From: Dehalococcoidia bacterium UBA1152
GTDB taxonomy: Bacteria > Chloroflexota > Dehalococcoidia > Lucifugimonadales > UBA2962
Direction of reading: 5' to 3'
DNA: 64,000 bases
Assembly (NCBI GenBank): GCA_002311285.1
Contig: DBZU01000074.1
Coordinates: 71,222-135,221 of the forward strand
Shown here: piece by piece, positions 58,110-64,000 of the stretch
Position numbering within the stretch: position 1 is the stretch's first letter
How the letters are laid out: every line of letters begins with the position of its first letter
Notes under the pieces: generated by a model
What the model saw: only the letters and a program-made list of their open reading frames with translations
The model's database searches: none
What the model was told of the DNA's origin: nothing
Position numbers and translations under genes: made by a program

Positions 58110-59306
58110 ATGTTTGGTAAACATGCATTAGATGGAGTTCGTGTTTTAGACTGCACTCAAATTCTTGCCGGGCCGTTTTGCACGATGCTTTTGGGTGATA
58201 TGGGTGCAGACATTATTAAGATCGAAAAACCAAAAGGAGGAGATGACCTTCGTAGAATGGGTCCTCCATTTTTGGATGATACGGCAGCTGCGTTTCTTAT
58301 GGTTAATCGTAATAAGAGAAGCATTACACTTGACTTAAAAAATGAAGCGGGAATTCAGATTTTCAAAGGTTTAGCTAAACAATCCGATATATTAGTTGAG
58401 AATCTACGCCCAGGTGCTATGGAAAAGCTTGGACTGTCATATAAAGAAATACAATCAATTAAATCTGACATAGTTTATTGTTCTATTTCTGGTTTTGGGG
58501 CAACGGGACCATATGCCAAACGATCTGGATTTGATTTAGTAGCCCAAGGAATGAGCGGACACATGAGCTTTACCGGGCATCCCGGTAGCGACCCAGTGAA
58601 ATTAAGTGTTCCAATTGGTGATTTAAATGCAGGAATATTTGCGGCTTATGGTATTTTGTGTGCTTACATAAACAAACTTAGAACTGGTGAAGGTCAATAT
58701 TTGGACACCTCGCTGTTAGAAGGTGGAATTGCTTATACAATGTGGGAATCAGCCAGCTTATTTTATGAAGGAATTGTTCCTACTCCTGTCGGTTCTCGTC
58801 ATCGTATGGCTGCTCCTTATCAAGCTTATCGCACTTCAAACGGCTACATTAATATTGGCGTGGCCAATCAAGGAACTTGGATTCGTTTATGTGAGGCAAT
58901 TAATAGGGTCGACATGAGAGATGATTCAAGGTTTGTTACAAATGCCAAAAGGGTAGAGAATTTATCAATATTGAAGGCGGAGATCGAAAAAACTCTACAG
59001 CAAAATGATACTGAATATTGGTGGAATCAGTTTATACAATTCAATGTCCCTTCAGGTCCGATTTATGATATGAAACAAGTCTATGATGATAAGCAGGTAC
59101 AGGCCCGAGAGATGGAATTAGATATTAGTCATCCTAGGCTTGGCAACATAAAGAACGTCGGATTTGCAGCGAAATTGCTAGGGACTCCTGCGTCTGTGAG
59201 AATGCCACCTCCAGATTTAGGACAGCATAATAAAGAAGTACTTTTATCTGCGGGTTTTACAGAGCATGATATCAACCGGTTTGAAAAAAGCGGTGGGCTT
59301 GGCTAA
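58110..59306 (+). CDS. Family III CoA-transferase (CaiB/BaiF)
   Basis: 398 aa with LDCTQILAGPFCT, VENLRPG and a GFDLVAQGMSG motif carrying the catalytic Asp. Confidence 0.9.
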   Translation: MFGKHALDGVRVLDCTQILAGPFCTMLLGDMGADIIKIEKPKGGDDLRRMGPPFLDDTAAAFLMVNRNKRSITLDLKNEAGIQIFKGLAKQSDILVENLRPGAMEKLGLSYKEIQSIKSDIVYCSISGFGATGPYAKRSGFDLVAQGMSGHMSFTGHPGSDPVKLSVPIGDLNAGIFAAYGILCAYINKLRTGEGQYLDTSLLEGGIAYTMWESASLFYEGIVPTPVGSRHRMAAPYQAYRTSNGYINIGVANQGTWIRLCEAINRVDMRDDSRFVTNAKRVENLSILKAEIEKTLQQNDTEYWWNQFIQFNVPSGPIYDMKQVYDDKQVQAREMELDISHPRLGNIKNVGFAAKLLGTPASVRMPPPDLGQHNKEVLLSAGFTEHDINRFEKSGGLG

Positions 59307-59309
59307 ATT

Positions 59310-60641
59310 TTAGCCTTTGATTCTTTGCAAAACGTTTCGAACTGAATCAACTAAAGTATCTATCTCTGCCTCGCGAGTAAGACTGCATACTGCTCCTTGA
59401 GCTTTAGCGAACATAAGTATTCCTTCATTCATTAAGCCCGTATATAAAGCTTTTTTAAGCTCTTGATCGCCTCTTAGCATGGACCTGTAGTCAGTAATAT
59501 CTTCATCACTGAAGTGAATGCCGAAAAGGGATCCCATACCTGTAGCTTGACCCGGAATTTCGAGTTCACCGAAAACAGCATTTATTTTATTTCTAATTTG
59601 GTCTCCTAATGAGTTCATGCGACTATAAACATCGGGAGTTAACTGCTTTAATGTCTCTATTCCGGCGATCATCGTCGTCGGATTAGCATTAAAGGTCCCG
59701 GCATGTGATATCACCGGGCCTTTTTCATTGTCATACAAGGACATTAATTCCTCTTTGCCTCCCCAGGCTCCTATAGGTAAACCTCCACCAATAATTTTTC
59801 CAAAAGTTGTAACGTCTGGAGTCACTCCATATATTTCCTGTGCTCCTCCATTTGACAAACGAAAGGTTTGCACTTCATCAAAAATCAGTACAATCCCGAG
59901 TTTCTTTGTAATGTCGCGTATTCCTTGTAGAAATTCAGGCGTTGCTGGGACATAACCGAAGTTAGAACCAACGGGTTCCATTATTACGGCTGCCAAATCA
60001 TCAGCATTATTTGTAATAATTTCCGTGCATGTATCCAGGTCATTGTAAGGCAAAACAATTACGTCATTTACAACACTTTTTGGTTGTCCAGGCCATTCGG
60101 GAACAGCACTAGTTTTGTGTGGGTCCAGTTTACTCATTGGAGTGTATACACTTACTGAAACATATTCATGGTTACCATGGTATCCGCCTTCAAACTTGGC
60201 AAATTTTTGTTTCGATGTAAAAGCTCTGGCCATGCGTATTGCATTAAGAGTTCCTTCTGTACCTGAATTTGTAAATCTAACTTTGTCTACAGAAGGAACT
60301 CGCTCAACTATAGTTTTAGCGAGTTCAATTTGCGACTCAGTTGGAGCTGAATAACTTAAGCCAATATCTGCTTGATTTTTTACGGCTTCTGTTACAGATG
60401 GATTAGCATGACCCACAATGTAAGTGGTGGCATTAAGCATAAAATCAAGATAACTATTTCCATCTACATCGTAAACATGGTGCCCTGATGCTTTGTCAAC
60501 AAAGAAAGGATATGGGTCAAAGTATGCCGTGGCTCTAGAACTGCCTCCCGGTAGATATTTAGAAGCTTCTGCCTGCATCTCTTTAGATTTTGGATGATTC
60601 GCAGTAAATGTTCTAATCTCGTTATCCATTTGTTTTGACAT
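59310..60641 (-). CDS. Class III aminotransferase, HemL-like fold but divergent N-terminal motif
   Basis: 443 aa with the PLP lysine in TFGKIIGGGLPIGA, as in glutamate-1-semialdehyde aminomutases. The N-terminal LPGGSSRATAYF differs from the canonical PGGVNSPVRAF. Confidence 0.82.
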   Translation of the reverse strand: MSKQMDNEIRTFTANHPKSKEMQAEASKYLPGGSSRATAYFDPYPFFVDKASGHHVYDVDGNSYLDFMLNATTYIVGHANPSVTEAVKNQADIGLSYSAPTESQIELAKTIVERVPSVDKVRFTNSGTEGTLNAIRMARAFTSKQKFAKFEGGYHGNHEYVSVSVYTPMSKLDPHKTSAVPEWPGQPKSVVNDVIVLPYNDLDTCTEIITNNADDLAAVIMEPVGSNFGYVPATPEFLQGIRDITKKLGIVLIFDEVQTFRLSNGGAQEIYGVTPDVTTFGKIIGGGLPIGAWGGKEELMSLYDNEKGPVISHAGTFNANPTTMIAGIETLKQLTPDVYSRMNSLGDQIRNKINAVFGELEIPGQATGMGSLFGIHFSDEDITDYRSMLRGDQELKKALYTGLMNEGILMFAKAQGAVCSLTREAEIDTLVDSVRNVLQRIKG

Positions 60642-60718
60642 CTTTTTCCTCGTCAGTTTTAAGTTGTTTTTTTAATAGATAATTATACGGTCTTTATACA
60701 GACCTATAATATATCTCG

Positions 60719-61474
60719 TTATTGTGCAGTTAATCCACCATCAACTATTAATTCAGCTCCAGTCATGTATGAAGATTCATCAGAAGCAAGAAATAAGGCA
60801 GCATTACATACATCTGCAGGACTTGCAAATCTTCCTAAAGGTATTTCAAGGCTCCGTAAGTTTTTTACTTTTGTGTCTGGGTATACATGATTTAACATGT
60901 CTGAATCTACTGGACCTGGATGAATTGAATTCGCCCTAACGTTACTTTTTGCATATTGCAGTGCGGTTGATTTAGTGAACACTCTAACCGCAGCCTTAGA
61001 TGGATTATAAGCAGTTGAAATTCTACTCCCTATTATCCCTGATGTAGACGATATGTTTACTATCGAGCCTCCCCCAGCTGAGATCATTCTAGGAAGCACG
61101 GTCTTGGTACCAAGGAAAACACCTTTTGCATTAACATTCATTATTGCATCCCATTGATCTTCACTGGTCTCAGTAATCTTTCCTGAACCGTATAAACCAG
61201 CATTTTGCACTAATACAGTCGGTGTCCCAAAAATTTGTTCAGTTTGCTTGACAGTTTGTATCCAGCTTGATTCTTTAGTGACATCGAGATTAACAAACCT
61301 AGCTTTTCCTCCATTGTTTGCGACGTCTTCCTCAATTAGCTTTCCCTTGACCGAATCGATATCGGCTATGACCACCAACGCTCCTTCGTTCGCAAATTTA
61401 CTCACTTGAACAGATCCTAAATTGCCAGCGCCGCCAGTTATAATAGCTACTTTATTAGAAAGTCTCATTGTCAA
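60719..61474 (-). CDS. Short-chain dehydrogenase/reductase (SDR)
   Basis: 251 aa with TGGAGNLG, QNAG and S...YNPSK. Paralogous in pattern to the SDR at 20509..21264. Confidence 0.88.
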   Translation of the reverse strand: MTMRLSNKVAIITGGAGNLGSVQVSKFANEGALVVIADIDSVKGKLIEEDVANNGGKARFVNLDVTKESSWIQTVKQTEQIFGTPTVLVQNAGLYGSGKITETSEDQWDAIMNVNAKGVFLGTKTVLPRMISAGGGSIVNISSTSGIIGSRISTAYNPSKAAVRVFTKSTALQYAKSNVRANSIHPGPVDSDMLNHVYPDTKVKNLRSLEIPLGRFASPADVCNAALFLASDESSYMTGAELIVDGGLTAQ

Positions 61475-61498
61475 GCCGAATTTACTGCAGGCTTTTCA

Positions 61499-62359
61499 TT
61501 ATTTGCGGCCGTTTTTAATAAACACTTCTGAGTTATGATCAGTTGACGGGTTCATAGAGCCGGATCTAAATCCTTCTAGATCTACGGTCACGTATTTATA
61601 GCCTAACGATTTTAAGCCAATTGTGATTTTCTCTTTGATTTTTGGGGATAATAATTTATCTAAGTCAGCAAGCGGCACCTCTATTCTGGCTATAGAATTG
61701 TGATCACGCACTCTAAGTTGATTAAAACCAATATCCTTCAATAATTCTTCAGCCGCTCCAATCCGCTTTAATATACCGGTCGAAATCGATGTTCCGTAAG
61801 GAACTCTGGAAGCAAGGCATGCCTGTGCCGGTTTATCCCATGTGGGCAGTTTCATTCTCTTAGACAGGGCCCGTATTTCTGTTTTAGTTAGTCCAACTTC
61901 TGCTAAAGGGCTGATTATTCCATGCTCGGTTGCTGCTTTTAAACCTGGCCTGTAATCGTCGAGATCGTCCAGGTTGGTTCCATTAGCCACAGTTTTATAA
62001 TTTAAATTTGTAGCTAATTCCAGAAGTCTTTGGTAAAGAGTGTCTTTACAAAAATAACATCTGTTTGGTTTATTGGCTTTATATTCAGGCCTTTCAATTT
62101 CATCTGTTTCTATAACCTGACAAAGGAATCCAGATCTATCAGCCACAGAAATAGCTTCTTTAAGCTCTCTATCGGTGATACTTGGTGATTTAGCTATTAC
62201 AGCTAACGATTTATTTCCTAACACTTGGTGCGCTACGGACGCCAACAGAGCACTATCAACGCCGCCTGAGTATGCAACAATCAAAGAATCACTTAAAGCC
62301 ACCCTCTTTTTCAGAGCAACCAATTTATTGTCTAAATCTATGGATTCAACTACATGCAT
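61499..62359 (-). CDS. PP-loop ATP pyrophosphatase of the LarE (TIGR00268-like) family
   Basis: 286 aa with the PP-loop YSGGVDS, a CYFC pair, and a later ACLASRVPYG cysteine. Confidence 0.72.
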   Translation of the reverse strand: MHVVESIDLDNKLVALKKRVALSDSLIVAYSGGVDSALLASVAHQVLGNKSLAVIAKSPSITDRELKEAISVADRSGFLCQVIETDEIERPEYKANKPNRCYFCKDTLYQRLLELATNLNYKTVANGTNLDDLDDYRPGLKAATEHGIISPLAEVGLTKTEIRALSKRMKLPTWDKPAQACLASRVPYGTSISTGILKRIGAAEELLKDIGFNQLRVRDHNSIARIEVPLADLDKLLSPKIKEKITIGLKSLGYKYVTVDLEGFRSGSMNPSTDHNSEVFIKNGRK

Positions 62360-62396
62360 TAATAAATATTAATATCCTTCATTTTAAAGTTTTACC

Positions 62397-64000
62397 TTAT
62401 TCTTCTGATACAAAGTGCTTAATAACATTATTAGTTATTTTTGACACATCATTATTATAATCATTATGTGATAAAGATCCGCACCAAGATATTGATCCTG
62501 TCGAAAAAACCGCTCCATTGTTAGGGCCTTCGAAATAAACCATGTCACCTCTAACGAGTGGATTTACTGTACCACCTTGTAAGCCATCATTTAGTAACAC
62601 TTCTTCGATTACATGTTGGTATACATCTGAAAATCCATCAGTAGTGGCCAATACTAGAGCATGAGGAGGAGTCCCAAGTTCAACGTCAGCCCTGTCGATT
62701 TCAAAACCGCCAGCGCCGCCTTGCACTAATCCATAATCTCCAAATTCGTCCCCTTCATCAACCCCATCCATTATAAAAGAAACCCTAGGGTCTTTGCTTT
62801 CATCTGACTTACGATACGGGTTTGAAACATCGAAACCTTGTGAGGTAAACCCGACGCCTACTAACTGCTGAGGCGGTCGACCTCTAAATCTCCATAGGCC
62901 GCCTAGTTCACCAGTGCTTTGATGATAATATTCACCGGGAGCCGCTTCCCATGCCTCTGTGCCTCTATGCCGCCTTACTTCTATAGAATGAGTAGAACCT
63001 TCAGCATATGATGTGACCCAATAATATCCATTGCCACCCAAGTACATATGCCTACCTCCATTCACAAGATATTCTTCTAAATAATCCAACATTTCCCCTG
63101 TCCAGTATTCCGGATGAGATCCGCTTAACACCACTTGGTATCTGTTTAACAGGTCTGCTCCTTCTAAATGCAAGTCTTCATCCGTAGCAACATCAAACTC
63201 ATGGCCCATTGTTTCTAGCCAATCAACCAGGTGTAAGTCTGCATTGAATTGGTGTGCAGCCCCTTGCATATTGCTTAATAACGGGAAAACATATTTTGGC
63301 CTCATATTAAGAATAGGCCTAAGTCTTGAGGAGTGAGCAACTCCACTACCATCTGTGTGGCGATCATAGAGGCTGCGCAGTTTATTTTTGACCATATATC
63401 GGTCTGAGTCATTAGTTGGGTAATCCCAAGTTATTTCTGTATCTCCACCAAACAGTTTTGCATAATCTATACCCGGAGTATTCCAATGAAAATTTGCGTA
63501 TGCCAGGTAGCTATTAGTAGGCACTAAAAATAAAATTGGTGCTGTAGATGTTTGTTTTGGAGGTCGGACGAAAAATGGCACATAATCTTCGGAGTCTTTT
63601 GATTTAAGACGCGCCGCGTAGACTCCGCTACGCAAATTTTCTGGAACTTTAAGCGTAAACCCTATTTGCCAATTAGCATCATCTAGGTGGTCGTCATGAA
63701 AATGAATTGCGCTATATAATTCGGGGGCAATTTTGTAATTTTGTTCTTGACCACGCCAAAGATGTCCTGTCATTGCTCTATACGGCCGATTTACTACTTG
63801 TCCGTTATGCCCATTACCAGAAATATCGTCTACATACGCATTCGAAAAATTGGTGGTAAATGTCCATGCCGCTACCAAATTTCCATCACCTAGTTCACCA
63901 GCTGGGGCCTCGTTTTTTAATCGATATATTTCACCTTTTGTGAGAGCGCAGCTATAAATTTTTGGCGCATCTATTTTCCCGTTGTATTTAGCATCGATCA
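62397..64000 (-). CDS. N,N-dimethylformamidase large-subunit-like protein (5' end outside window)
   Basis: The frame stays open upstream of the track's TTG at 63878, all the way to the window edge (..KIYSCALTKGEIYRLKNEAPAGELGDGN..). HPEYWTGEM...LGGNGYYW and GGFEIDRAD segments resemble the DMFase beta-subunit family, recalled from memory. Confidence 0.6.
   Translation of the reverse strand, partial: IDAKYNGKIDAPKIYSCALTKGEIYRLKNEAPAGELGDGNLVAAWTFTTNFSNAYVDDISGNGHNGQVVNRPYRAMTGHLWRGQEQNYKIAPELYSAIHFHDDHLDDANWQIGFTLKVPENLRSGVYAARLKSKDSEDYVPFFVRPPKQTSTAPILFLVPTNSYLAYANFHWNTPGIDYAKLFGGDTEITWDYPTNDSDRYMVKNKLRSLYDRHTDGSGVAHSSRLRPILNMRPKYVFPLLSNMQGAAHQFNADLHLVDWLETMGHEFDVATDEDLHLEGADLLNRYQVVLSGSHPEYWTGEMLDYLEEYLVNGGRHMYLGGNGYYWVTSYAEGSTHSIEVRRHRGTEAWEAAPGEYYHQSTGELGGLWRFRGRPPQQLVGVGFTSQGFDVSNPYRKSDESKDPRVSFIMDGVDEGDEFGDYGLVQGGAGGFEIDRADVELGTPPHALVLATTDGFSDVYQHVIEEVLLNDGLQGGTVNPLVRGDMVYFEGPNNGAVFSTGSISWCGSLSHNDYNNDVSKITNNVIKHFVSEE

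Noticed and set aside
1-64000. Search for tRNA, rRNA, CRISPR repeats, IS elements, integrases, prophage genes, or toxin-antitoxin pairs
   Set aside because: No spacer is long enough except 18.8-19.0, 20.2-20.5, 25.5-25.7 and 27.6-28.1 kb. None of these shows cloverleaf-like or repeat-spacer structure. No transposase, integrase or phage-like ORFs were seen. The MoxR/VWA pair is better explained as CoxD/CoxE accessory genes than as a defence module.

Overview
AT-rich, very gene-dense window with about 57 protein genes. Most gaps are under 100 nt and several genes overlap by 1-8 nt. I found no rRNA, tRNA, CRISPR array, transposase or integrase. Two things stand out. First, a tightly packed four-gene ABC module at 46334-55065: two paralogous giant FtsX-domain permeases (1240 and 1120 aa) plus two different ATPases, one with a C-terminal AbrB/SpoVT-like tail. 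It sits directly downstream of a branched-chain 2-oxoacid dehydrogenase (BCKDH)-lipB operon. Second, several genes lack a usable ATG/GTG/TTG start: recF appears to need ATT and the cysteine-synthase-like gene CTG. The rest of the window holds four kinds of content. (1) Housekeeping blocks: dnaJ(partial)-prmA, der-plsY-gpsA, argF, a panB-panC operon, lpdA-pdhABC with thyX appended, gyrB-cysteine synthase-ligA-recF, tag and fmt. (2) Cell-envelope genes: an LprG-like lipoprotein with a 14-TM MFS pump, and an LPXTG-anchored surface protein. (3) Cofactor-related genes: a cobalamin riboswitch in front of a BtuFCD-like importer, a CADD/CT610-like putative pABA synthase, and a LarE-like PP-loop enzyme. 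(4) Catabolic genes: a form-II CoxL-like molybdoenzyme with CoxD/CoxE-like accessory genes but no CoxM/CoxS, BCKDH, aminotransferases, an amidohydrolase, a crotonase, a CaiB-type CoA-transferase, SDRs, and a partial dimethylformamidase-like gene. A sortase substrate, an LprG module, thyX and many CaiB/CoxL/amidohydrolase-type genes suggest a monoderm marine lineage such as SAR202-type Chloroflexota. That taxonomic guess is inference only. All function calls come from motifs read in the translations; no database search was run.
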